Shown here: positions 55,757-63,655 of the stretch, piece by piece
How positions within the stretch are numbered: position 1 is the stretch's first letter
Layout: the number at the start of each line of letters is the position of its first letter
DNA from: a virus
Taxonomy: Duplodnaviria; Heunggongvirae; Uroviricota; Caudoviricetes
Virus record (IMG/VR): IMGVR_UViG_3300044630_004416
Coordinates: 41,440-105,439 of that record
Direction: 5' to 3' (one strand)
Length of the DNA stretch: 64,000 bases
Translations under genes and position numbers: made by a program
Notes under the pieces: model-generated
The model's database searches: none
The model's input: only the letters and a program-made list of their open reading frames with translations
What the model was told of the DNA's origin: nothing

Positions 55757-56256
55757 CAGGCCACCTGCAGCTTAAGATGAGTGCCATCATGTGTCATAAT
55801 GACATCAAAACCTTCTTCTTCAGTTGGCATTTCAAATTGAAGGAACATGCGATGCAGAACAGAACGTGGAATAAATTTATTCGCTCTTTGCGAATTACGA
55901 ATAAGAGCATCTTCAAGTGTAATAGGAAGAATCACTACAGTCTTGGTATAAGTATCTGGAATCTTCTTCAGCTTCTGCCTACGAGATTTTTTAGATAGAT
56001 TGGTTTGGTCCCAGATGATTGACTTACCTCGTTGAATGGCAAGGTCTAGGTCTTGATACATTTTTGTGGTAGCATCCTTGATTGCTTCATCAAAGACTTC
56101 ATTGTAAGTTTTACCTACAGATGCAGCATATTCTTCGATGTAGTTATCTGTAGATAGTATCACATACTCATCAAAAACATCAGAGTTTTCAGTTCCCCTG
56201 CGAATGTAAGTAGATTTACCTGCACAAGGAATACCACACATCATAATCAGTTCCAT
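55756..56256 (-). CDS. polynucleotide 5'-kinase (T4 Pnkp N-terminal domain homolog, stand-alone)
   Basis: P-loop GIPCAGKST, SIIWDQTNLSKKSRRQKL and RNSQRANKFIPRSVLHRMF align with T4 Pnk GCPGSGKST, VIISDTNLNPERRLAW and RNSKRGTKAVPIDVLRSMY. Confidence 0.75.
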   Translation of the reverse strand: MELIMMCGIPCAGKSTYIRRGTENSDVFDEYVILSTDNYIEEYAASVGKTYNEVFDEAIKDATTKMYQDLDLAIQRGKSIIWDQTNLSKKSRRQKLKKIPDTYTKTVVILPITLEDALIRNSQRANKFIPRSVLHRMFLQFEMPTEEEGFDVIMTHDGTHLKLQVA

Positions 56257-57410
56257 GAAATACCTCCGAACATCCAGCGAGAATCGTTGAGTTTAGTTTG
56301 AGAAGACAAAGACTTCTCGATTGAATCAGTAAGTAGTTGCTTACATTCTTTACCTTGTTTCATGCCAAACATAAATGGACGATGAATAGGTAAAAGCATC
56401 TTGTTTACAAATTCAACGGCAAACTCCTTTTTGTCTGGATACATCTTATCACCACCTTCAAAGATTTTGGTGAGGTCAGAGGACACTTCATCAACTGCAC
56501 ACCAGAACTTCTGTTGGAAATCTTTGAGTCGCTGGGCATCCTCAGGAGTGAGCAGAGGAATCATATCATCTACAGAATCATTGAGAATAACTTGAATGAT
56601 ATTCTTTTCTGAGTTGATTTGTTCTTTTGACCGATGACGGAGAATATATTCATCTGCTTTTACTTTAACCATATGACCACTTTCAAAGCGAATAACTACC
56701 CCTTCTCCGTCATCCCACAAACGAATAGCATCTAACATGCTATCATCATACCAATGCCCACTAGCAAATGATTTAACTACAGGAATATTATAGTGAGTCG
56801 CTAGTTCTACCATATTAAAATATAGCAGATAATTACCTTTTATAGTATTGCGAATACCAGTGAGAATTAGTTGGTCTTCTGGATAGTCAACTACAATACG
56901 ATTTTTTCGTGAACACCATTCAAAGATAGGTGTCATCCCACCATCAAACATCGCATGAATGAAAGTAGAATATTCTGGCTTATCTGCAATGAAATACTCT
57001 GCATTCATTGCAACATCAGTGATGCCTGCTTTCGTACCTAGTCGAAAACCTTCTGGAGTTGGAATTGGACGAATCATGGAACCATCTAGCTTTTCCAGAA
57101 TTACATGAGATTGAGTCCAATCAATCTCTTCCTGATGAGTTTCTGCTCGCTCACCAACATTGAAGAACTTATGATATGGACGAGAGATAAGATTACCAGT
57201 AGCAGTATCAAATATCATACCACGACATTCACGGCGAATCTTCATATTATAATGACTACGCTCACGAACAAGTGAGAAAGTCTCTTCAAATGCTACCATA
57301 TAATTGATAACAGTATACCAATCTTTTTGCATCACTTTGAATTCTTGCCAATCCTCAATGTGAGGAATGACATCATCAATATGATTAATTTCTGGAAAGT
57401 CGTAGTTCAC
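56247..57410 (-). CDS. RNA ligase 1 (T4 RnlA-like)
   Basis: RRECRGMIFDTATGNLISRPYHKFFNVGE aligns with T4 Rnl1 [32 protein letters not shown]. Motif I KLDGSM. 387 aa (T4 Rnl1 is 374 aa). Confidence 0.7.
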   Translation of the reverse strand: MNYDFPEINHIDDVIPHIEDWQEFKVMQKDWYTVINYMVAFEETFSLVRERSHYNMKIRRECRGMIFDTATGNLISRPYHKFFNVGERAETHQEEIDWTQSHVILEKLDGSMIRPIPTPEGFRLGTKAGITDVAMNAEYFIADKPEYSTFIHAMFDGGMTPIFEWCSRKNRIVVDYPEDQLILTGIRNTIKGNYLLYFNMVELATHYNIPVVKSFASGHWYDDSMLDAIRLWDDGEGVVIRFESGHMVKVKADEYILRHRSKEQINSEKNIIQVILNDSVDDMIPLLTPEDAQRLKDFQQKFWCAVDEVSSDLTKIFEGGDKMYPDKKEFAVEFVNKMLLPIHRPFMFGMKQGKECKQLLTDSIEKSLSSQTKLNDSRWMFGGISWN

Positions 57411-57589
57411 TGATAATCTTCCTGTTCAAAGGTAAAGTATTCGTAAATTTGAGACATCACAGCATCCTCAATGTGCTCGATGATGGCACCTTCAGTTGGA
57501 TTCTCAACATGTTTGTGTGCCCGTGCATAACCACGACGAACACCTTCTTCAATTGCCATTTCTAAAATAACACGGGTTTTAGGTTTCAT
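57407..57589 (-). CDS. hypothetical small protein
   Basis: 60-aa ORF upstream of the RNA-repair cassette. Confidence 0.45.
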   Translation of the reverse strand: MKPKTRVILEMAIEEGVRRGYARAHKHVENPTEGAIIEHIEDAVMSQIYEYFTFEQEDYQ

Positions 57590-57726
57590 GATTTTAAGTG
57601 CTTGAGTAGTTCAGAGAAATTTGCATGTCCCTTGTATAATACACCACCTATCACGCAAATGTCAAGTAGGAAGAAGATTACAAGTGTTAATGTGATGTAT
57701 AAGATATCTTTATCAGATTTTTCCAT
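57586..57726 (-). CDS. small membrane peptide (46 aa)
   Basis: Manual translation MEKSDKDILYITLTLVIFFLLDICVIGGVLYKGHANFSELLKHLKS. Confidence 0.3.
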   Translation of the reverse strand: MEKSDKDILYITLTLVIFFLLDICVIGGVLYKGHANFSELLKHLKS

Positions 57727-58000
57727 TATTAACACCATGTTTAGTAATAGTTGACTGCCAAAACTCTGAAGTCATGTTATTCGACCCCTCAACCTTAGCA
57801 ATCACTACACCATCAATCAAAGCAATTAGAGTTGGTGTGGCGACTATACCACAATCAGTAGCAAATTGAGTCCACTGATTACCTTCTTTGGCATTTGTAA
57901 TAGTAATTACCTTTTCCCAACCATCAACCTTCTTTAGTTGTGTTTCAGCATATATGCAAGGTCTACAACCTTCTTGTACAAATAAATGGATTTCAGTCAT
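57713..58000 (-). CDS. thioredoxin/glutaredoxin-fold protein
   Basis: FVQEGCRPCIYA carries a CxxC after a beta strand. 95 aa, typical of NrdH/thioredoxin-like proteins. Confidence 0.5.
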   Translation of the reverse strand: MTEIHLFVQEGCRPCIYAETQLKKVDGWEKVITITNAKEGNQWTQFATDCGIVATPTLIALIDGVVIAKVEGSNNMTSEFWQSTITKHGVNNGKI

Positions 58001-58179
58001 CGTAGTTTCTCCCGTATCATCCTAATACACTCATTCCATTTATAAGAGTTCGTGTCGTGTTCCTTAGGCAACCAATCTTCCACCAAATCTACAATATCAT
58101 TACAAGTATCAAAATCATAACCAAGTTCATCATACAGTCTATTGTAAAGTGTCTGTGGTGTGGGTTGATATTCAGTCAT
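57997..58179 (-). CDS. hypothetical small protein (60 aa, start re-assigned)
   Basis: The internal ATG at 58179 gives an ATGA overlap with the upstream stop and MTEYQPTPQTLYNRL... Confidence 0.4.
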   Translation of the reverse strand: MTEYQPTPQTLYNRLYDELGYDFDTCNDIVDLVEDWLPKEHDTNSYKWNECIRMIREKLR

Positions 58180-58361
58180 AGGTGATAAGGTTGTTGTGGG
58201 TCTTGATACCAAAGTTCTTTATATGTAATCCACTTTTCTACATCAGTTTCCATTTGTGCCATCCAATGAATACCATTTTTATCAACAGCATCAAGATAAT
58301 GAATACCTGTCTTCGGGCAGATTGCTCTGGATACTTGTGTGAATTTTACTCGTTCAGTCAT
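58176..58361 (-). CDS. hypothetical small protein
   Basis: 61-aa ORF. Confidence 0.4.
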   Translation of the reverse strand: MTERVKFTQVSRAICPKTGIHYLDAVDKNGIHWMAQMETDVEKWITYKELWYQDPQQPYHL

Positions 58362-58578
58362 TTTCTTTCATACAAGGGTATTCAAACTTTTCACCTATTT
58401 GTTCTAATAGAGTGCGGGCAAGGTGAATTTCACCGTAATCAATACCCTCCGCAAAGGCATCATCATAATTACCAGCACTTGGAGTATAATCATCTCCATA
58501 TACATCATAGCAGTGTTTTACCTCTGCGTATTCTTTGAGAACCTTGAGGAGAAGTGTGAGTTTTTCTTCGTTAGTCAT
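58354..58578 (-). CDS. hypothetical small acidic protein
   Basis: 74-aa ORF. Confidence 0.45.
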   Translation of the reverse strand: MTNEEKLTLLLKVLKEYAEVKHCYDVYGDDYTPSAGNYDDAFAEGIDYGEIHLARTLLEQIGEKFEYPCMKEND

Positions 58579-58587
58579 TTCAGTCCC

Positions 58588-58917
58588 TCAAAATTGGTGT
58601 TCAATTTCTTCTTCTGTTGCTATCTCCACAATAGGATAACTCACATCTTCATAACCATACAATTCAAAATTTCTAATCAGGTCTGTAACAAGATTATCAC
58701 ACAGATAATCAGCAAAAATTCCTGGGTCAAGTTCTCCATCATATGTAAGCATATCATTATCTTTATGCTTTTCAGGGTCAAACCTCATATAAAAAGTTAC
58801 TTTATAACCTTTTAGATTTTCCAAAGCATCCTTTACCTTCTGTTGTTCCTTATGCTTTTGGATTTGAAGTTCAAGTTCGTTGAGTTGTTCTTTGGTCAGT
58901 TGTGAAAGGTCAATCAT
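58588..58917 (-). CDS. hypothetical protein (109 aa)
   Basis: ORF. Confidence 0.5.
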   Translation of the reverse strand: MIDLSQLTKEQLNELELQIQKHKEQQKVKDALENLKGYKVTFYMRFDPEKHKDNDMLTYDGELDPGIFADYLCDNLVTDLIRNFELYGYEDVSYPIVEIATEEEIEHQF

Positions 58918-59090
58918 CGTTCAAAGTATCCAGTGGGTTTGTAATCATTGAGGTATTGAGTTTTTATTGCAACATCAAAAGGGTCAATATCTGGAAATTT
59001 TTCTTTGATGAAAGTTTTGCAATCTTCACGACTGGTAAATGCACAAATGATTTGACCTTCATAGTATGCGACTTGAATTGCTTCAATCAT
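58914..59090 (-). CDS. small Cys-containing protein, paralog 2 (58 aa)
   Basis: Manual translation MIEAIQVAYYEGQIICAFTSREDCKTFIKEKFPDIDPFDVAIKTQYLNDYKPTGYFER. Paralog of the gene at 53162..53344. The 80-bp repeat abuts its start. Confidence 0.5.
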   Translation of the reverse strand: MIEAIQVAYYEGQIICAFTSREDCKTFIKEKFPDIDPFDVAIKTQYLNDYKPTGYFER

Positions 59091-59093
59091 CAG

Positions 59094-59172
59094 GTTTCTG
59101 TGTGTATGAAAGTATTATAAGGTATCACAGACCACTCTGGGTGCCCTGCTGTGCCAGTTCTTCAAGTGTCTG
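59094..59172. repeat. about 80-bp direct repeat, copy 1 (upstream leader element)
   Basis: GGTTTCTGTGTGTATGAAAGTATTATAAGGTATCACAGACCACTCTGGGTGCCCTGCTGTGCCAGTTCTTCAAGTGTCTG is about 90% identical to 61768..61849. Non-coding in all minus frames. Contains TATAAT on the minus strand 26 nt before the ATG. Confidence 0.7.
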
Positions 59173-59416
59173 CGTTGAAACTACTGCTTTTCCTATCATA
59201 CTTTATCTTTCTCTCATTCCCTTTAGTTCCACATTCAGGACACTTACCAATCTCACCACCAAAGTAGTAATCACAGACATCACACCAAAATCTACCATAA
59301 GTTGCTTGTCGTGATTTATGTCTGTTTCTTGGTTGATAGTCCTCGTCTTCAAAACTTATGGACATATACCTCAAAGGTAATTTTAGCACCAGCACTGTAA
59401 ATGCCCATATTATCAA
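59162..59416 (-). CDS. zinc-ribbon protein
   Basis: CDVCDYYFGGEIGKCPECG. 84-aa ORF. Confidence 0.5.
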   Translation of the reverse strand: MIIWAFTVLVLKLPLRYMSISFEDEDYQPRNRHKSRQATYGRFWCDVCDYYFGGEIGKCPECGTKGNERKIKYDRKSSSFNADT

Positions 59417-59603
59417 TCTCCATACTCATACTTGTTACTTGTGCCAAACCAGTCTTGACTTTGAATGCTGTTTCTATAAAAGATTCTTTTAAATTATCAG
59501 GGTCGTAAGTTTTGAATAATTTTGGTTTTTCTACTGGTGGTGGAGGTTCTGGTGGTTTTTGATTGTAGAGTTCATTATATTTGTCTATAAGAGGATTGGT
59601 CAT
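59349..59603 (-). CDS. hypothetical protein (84 aa)
   Basis: ORF. Confidence 0.4.
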   Translation of the reverse strand: MTNPLIDKYNELYNQKPPEPPPPVEKPKLFKTYDPDNLKESFIETAFKVKTGLAQVTSMSMEIDNMGIYSAGAKITFEVYVHKF

Positions 59604-59706
59604 TTCTTACACTGATGTAATGGAATACGAAGAAACTGAAAGAACCTTCCAGCCCATCCTATCATATCTCCACATTTTTGACAACGATAAGATGCATAAG
59701 TCATTT

Positions 59707-60231
59707 CTAATCCACCCATCTAATAGAAAGACATTTATTCATAAACCAACGAGTAATAGCATTCGGTTTCTTATCCATATAATACCTCAAATATCCATTA
59801 CCAAAAGTATAATATCCAACTTCTTTACCACCTGATTTAATCACAAAGTTGGAACTAATACAACTATTCGCAGAAAGACCACTACTACAAGTTAGTATAA
59901 GTTTAGGTGGAAATTGTCCGTGTTCCTTCGCATACTCAAAGTTCTCAAAAATTCTATTGAACTTTACTTGATACTGATACTCTTGAGTATATGCAAGTTG
60001 ATTAAACTTCTCTTTTACTCTCTCAATTCGTTTATCAATCTTCTCATCAAGTTCTTGTGAGATTTCTTCTAATGACTTGGGTGGTTCTGGAATATCAAGA
60101 TAAGGTTTGATTACATCAAAATACTCAAAATCTTCGGTGTAATAAAAAGCACCAACAACATAAGGAAGAATACTTTGAGGTGCTTTTTTGAGTTTGTTTG
60201 GATTGAGTTTATATCCTATTCGTTCAGTCAT
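59707..60231 (-). CDS. hypothetical protein (174 aa)
   Basis: ORF. Confidence 0.5.
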   Translation of the reverse strand: MTERIGYKLNPNKLKKAPQSILPYVVGAFYYTEDFEYFDVIKPYLDIPEPPKSLEEISQELDEKIDKRIERVKEKFNQLAYTQEYQYQVKFNRIFENFEYAKEHGQFPPKLILTCSSGLSANSCISSNFVIKSGGKEVGYYTFGNGYLRYYMDKKPNAITRWFMNKCLSIRWVD

Positions 60232-60455
60232 TTTCTATCCTCCCATAGTTGCTCAAAATACTTACCATCTCTACCACAGTGCATCTCAAACTCTCTGGCA
60301 AGTTTACAACTTTCACTTTTTTTGTCTCCTGTCACCAAATCACCAGTTATGATTGGATTGTAACACCTATCAAATGAGTTGTCCCCAAAAAGATGACCAA
60401 ACCAACTTTTCTTATAGTAGAGACAATCTTTACATAGTTTGCGTTGTTCAGTCAT
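60228..60455 (-). CDS. Cys-rich small protein
   Basis: CKDCLYY...C...CKLAREFEMHC. 75-aa ORF. Confidence 0.45.
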   Translation of the reverse strand: MTEQRKLCKDCLYYKKSWFGHLFGDNSFDRCYNPIITGDLVTGDKKSESCKLAREFEMHCGRDGKYFEQLWEDRK

Positions 60456-60658
60456 TTTCTAAAAAGTTCTTCAAGTTGTTGTTTTTTCTGCAAGAGTTCC
60501 AAAGATGCTATTCGTTCATTATAACACTTACTGATATGTCTACACAATTCTTCTTCTTGTTTAGTAATATCCATATGATACTTGTCTTTCAAGATAAGAA
60601 TAGTTTCCAAGTCTTTGAGAACACTAACTGGAATATTCAAAAACTCTTCGTAGGTCAT
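60452..60658 (-). CDS. hypothetical small protein
   Basis: 68-aa ORF. Confidence 0.45.
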   Translation of the reverse strand: MTYEEFLNIPVSVLKDLETILILKDKYHMDITKQEEELCRHISKCYNERIASLELLQKKQQLEELFRK

Positions 60659-60834
60659 TTTGCCCTCATAGCATTAATCACAGCATCACGGGCACTTTTA
60701 CCTTTTGCTTTACTCATAGGAAATCCACCATTCATAAAGCACCAACCACTTTCACCATTCATTTGAAGAGAATGTGCTTGGAACTGATTGAGTAGAAATT
60801 CAAGGATTTCTGTGTCTGTTGGTTCTTCAGTCAT
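60655..60834 (-). CDS. small protein (59 aa)
   Basis: Manual translation MTEEPTDTEILEFLLNQFQAHSLQMNGESGWCFMNGGFPMSKAKGKSARDAVINAMRAK. ATGA overlap downstream. Confidence 0.35.
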   Translation of the reverse strand: MTEEPTDTEILEFLLNQFQAHSLQMNGESGWCFMNGGFPMSKAKGKSARDAVINAMRAK

Positions 60835-60957
60835 AATTCCAAAGTCGTTGTTCCATCAATTCTAACACATCAGGGGGCACATAGGAAGTGTCTGTGGTTC
60901 TTGGAAGTTTTGCGACTTCCTCACAGATAAGTTCCAGTTCTATGAGAGTATAGTCAA

Positions 60958-61221
60958 TCATTCTGCCCTCACAGTGTTATTAATTTGTGGTGTTCCAGGT
61001 AGAACAGTAATACCAGGATTACAAGGAATTGTTTGAGAAGGAGTGAGAGGAGTATAAGGAGAACCAATATTATAAGTGAGTGGAGATTTACTCAAATACT
61101 CTTCAATAATATTACAAGACCATCCATCCTCATAGAATTGCTTACCATAGAAAATAGCATCTTCCTTATTTGGAAAGGAAGCAACATAAGTTTCGTTGTG
61201 ATAGAGTGAATAAACTTTCAT
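60958..61221 (-). CDS. hypothetical protein (87 aa)
   Basis: ORF. Confidence 0.45.
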   Translation of the reverse strand: MKVYSLYHNETYVASFPNKEDAIFYGKQFYEDGWSCNIIEEYLSKSPLTYNIGSPYTPLTPSQTIPCNPGITVLPGTPQINNTVRAE

Positions 61222-61385
61222 CGGATTCCAATAGCAAAGATTTTTTTGAGTTCATTATACACCAAAATCAAATCCCTATCAACAGACAAATGACCGACAT
61301 CTTTTGCTCCTCGTAGAAATTCATAAAGTTCCCTTGCTTGATTTTCTGTGAGTGTGAGTTTGTAGTTCTTTTGGATTTCAATCAT
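61218..61385 (-). CDS. small protein (55 aa)
   Basis: Manual translation MIEIQKNYKLTLTENQARELYEFLRGAKDVGHLSVDRDLILVYNELKKIFAIGIR. Confidence 0.35.
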   Translation of the reverse strand: MIEIQKNYKLTLTENQARELYEFLRGAKDVGHLSVDRDLILVYNELKKIFAIGIR

Positions 61386-61552
61386 AGTTTATTCCTATAA
61401 GTGTATGTAATTTCTCCAGTTTCCTTATTCATCAGGTATGCCCAGTCAGTTGGAATTGTATCACAACAATCCCGAAACTTTTCAGTTGAAGATACTTCCA
61501 TTACAATAGGAAGATTGTTAGAGTGATGATAAAAGATTGCTACAAGAGTCAT
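61382..61552 (-). CDS. small protein (56 aa)
   Basis: Manual translation MTLVAIFYHHSNNLPIVMEVSSTEKFRDCCDTIPTDWAYLMNKETGEITYTYRNKL. Confidence 0.35.
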   Translation of the reverse strand: MTLVAIFYHHSNNLPIVMEVSSTEKFRDCCDTIPTDWAYLMNKETGEITYTYRNKL

Positions 61553-61764
61553 TGTGGGTCTCCTACAAGTCCAGAATATTTTTCTCTATCCCAACCATCA
61601 GTATAACCTCTTTCATATTCAATTTCAGCAACTCGTTGAGCAAACTTCGTAGCAACCTCACGAAATGCGTTGTTCATAGCACCAGTCATTACACCAGCAC
61701 CAAGACTATTCATTCCAAACTGGGTTCCATCACCCCAGAGTTCAATAAGTTCTTGTTCAGTCAT
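61549..61764 (-). CDS. hypothetical small protein
   Basis: 71-aa ORF. The 80-bp repeat copy 2 ends 3 nt upstream of its ATG. Confidence 0.5.
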   Translation of the reverse strand: MTEQELIELWGDGTQFGMNSLGAGVMTGAMNNAFREVATKFAQRVAEIEYERGYTDGWDREKYSGLVGDPQ

Positions 61765-61767
61765 AAG

Positions 61768-61849
61768 AGGTTTCTGTGTCTATGAGAGTATTATAAGGCA
61801 TCACAGACCACTCTGGATGCCCTATTGTGCCAGTTCTTCAAGTGTCTCT
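61768..61849. repeat. about 80-bp direct repeat, copy 2
   Basis: AGGTTTCTGTGTCTATGAGAGTATTATAAGGCATCACAGACCACTCTGGATGCCCTATTGTGCCAGTTCTTCAAGTGTCTCTG. See copy 1. Confidence 0.7.
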
Positions 61850-62140
61850 GCTTTTATAAATGTTTGTTCTGGAAGATTAGAACCAACACGATTGAAAAAA
61901 TATTCACTCATATGTGGATTATACTTATTTTTCATAATCCACAACCAAGTTCTAAAATCTTCAAGAATACTCACTTTTCAATCTCCTCTGCTTTTACCCA
62001 TTCGGCAGTTCTCCATTCAGACCATTTCATATCAGGATTTGGTGGGCACAAATAACCACCCTGACCAACAGAAAACAACATAAAACGATACTGAATGTCT
62101 GGTTTCACTCCCAGTTCATTCTCAACGATACGAAGTTCAA

Positions 62141-62392
62141 TCATTTTTCACTCCAATACTCTTCATAATCAATAAAATCTCTGGGTTCTGTGTAAGGGTC
62201 TTCACAACCAGTATAGGCATACATTTTGTTATTCATCTTATACCAGTCGTGGTTGAGACAATACCAGAAATCCATAATATACCAATCATAAAACCCCAAG
62301 TTCTCTTTGCTTTTGAGTGCCCACATTAGGGTTCTATCTGGAAGGGTCATCCAGATTTTCCATTTATCAAAGATTATTCGTGTGAGTTTCAT
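62141..62392 (-). CDS. hypothetical protein (83 aa)
   Basis: ORF. Confidence 0.45.
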   Translation of the reverse strand: MKLTRIIFDKWKIWMTLPDRTLMWALKSKENLGFYDWYIMDFWYCLNHDWYKMNNKMYAYTGCEDPYTEPRDFIDYEEYWSEK

Positions 62393-62571
62393 TTCAGTTT
62401 CTCCAAGTTTAATTTAGTTTGAAGTAGTTGAATATCTTTTTCTAATCTTGAAAGATTTTCTTGCGTTTCAGGGTCGTTTTGATTGAGTTTTTTGAGTAAA
62501 TCGGCAAACTCAAGTTGAGATTTTAGTTTGCCTTGTAAAAACTCAACTTGTTCTGGTGTAAGGTCAGTCAT
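62389..62571 (-). CDS. small coiled-coil protein
   Basis: 60-aa ORF with ATGA overlap. Confidence 0.4.
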   Translation of the reverse strand: MTDLTPEQVEFLQGKLKSQLEFADLLKKLNQNDPETQENLSRLEKDIQLLQTKLNLEKLK

Positions 62572-62573
62572 AG

Positions 62574-62861
62574 TTATTTCAATATCTCATCAACTTCTTC
62601 AAGCAACTTATCTGTTTCTTCCATTCGTTCCTCAATACCATCATAAAGAACCCAGAGATTATCATAATAATTCTTTTCCCAATCTGGGTCAAGTTCTTTC
62701 AATTCTTTGATATAATCATCAAGTGAGTTTGGTGGTTGAGCAAGATTACCAAAGAAAACAGCACGGTCAAAAGCATCATAAGGATATTTGATTATCATTT
62801 TCCAGTGCCGATAATCTTTGAGAACCATTTTCCAACCTTCAAGTATTTGGTTCATCATCAA
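62574..62861 (-). CDS. hypothetical protein (95 aa)
   Basis: ORF. Confidence 0.45.
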   Translation of the reverse strand: MMMNQILEGWKMVLKDYRHWKMIIKYPYDAFDRAVFFGNLAQPPNSLDDYIKELKELDPDWEKNYYDNLWVLYDGIEERMEETDKLLEEVDEILK

Positions 62862-63235
62862 ACACCCAATAGTTCTCTTTCTCTTTGAGTAAGTTTAGCA
62901 AGAACTTTTTGTCGTTCTTCTTCTTTTAGTTGGTCTTCAAGTTTTTGAATATCAGCAATAATAAAATCAACTGCCTCATCAATACTATGAACTTTATGAG
63001 TGGTTTCAAAATCTATCCTCAATTGTCTTACCACCATCTTGTGAGCAAAAATTGGTTGAGTAGAACCTTTATAAAACTCAATATCATACTGAACTCCACC
63101 AAAGGCAAGTCCAGAGCAGACATCAGCATAAGCAAATCTTACAAAATAAGTTTTATCATCTGCATCAATAGAATGGATTTTATATCCATACTTTTGAAGT
63201 TTGATTGATGCATCAAAAAATTGTGTTAGGTTCAT
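62858..63235 (-). CDS. hypothetical protein (125 aa)
   Basis: ORF. Confidence 0.5.
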   Translation of the reverse strand: MNLTQFFDASIKLQKYGYKIHSIDADDKTYFVRFAYADVCSGLAFGGVQYDIEFYKGSTQPIFAHKMVVRQLRIDFETTHKVHSIDEAVDFIIADIQKLEDQLKEEERQKVLAKLTQRERELLGV

Positions 63236-63432
63236 TTCTGGTTCTCCACAAGTTTCAAATAATCAAAAGCAATCTTACACTCTTTGGGTTTCTCTACACA
63301 ATACACAATACCTACATCCTTTCCTACACTCATACCATTATGCCCACCGATATTGAAACCAAGAAAGAATATCACAGTAGCAATCGTTGGAATACCCAGT
63401 ATAAAAGGAATAATAATGCCTGGTTCATTCAT
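63232..63432 (-). CDS. small membrane protein
   Basis: 66 aa with hydrophobic N-terminus IIIPFILGIPTIATVIFFLGF. Confidence 0.45.
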   Translation of the reverse strand: MNEPGIIIPFILGIPTIATVIFFLGFNIGGHNGMSVGKDVGIVYCVEKPKECKIAFDYLKLVENQK

Positions 63433-63433
63433 T

Positions 63434-63655
63434 TTACTTCACCTCATTATAAAATACAGGAACTTGACCACAAATCTCATTTGCCGCAGTATCATTCACC
63501 GCATAAGACTTCCTACATTCTATCACAATCTCATAAGATTTCAAGAACATCTCTCTGTCCTTTTGAGTATTGTAAGTATTCAGTAGTTCCATAGAAAGGA
63601 AATAACCAGTAATGATGAGAAGTGGAATGATGAGAGTAAAGATAAAAAGTTTCAT
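63434..63655 (-). CDS. small signal-peptide/membrane protein
   Basis: 73 aa. MKLFIFTLIIPLLIITGYFLS N-terminus. Confidence 0.45.
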   Translation of the reverse strand: MKLFIFTLIIPLLIITGYFLSMELLNTYNTQKDREMFLKSYEIVIECRKSYAVNDTAANEICGQVPVFYNEVK

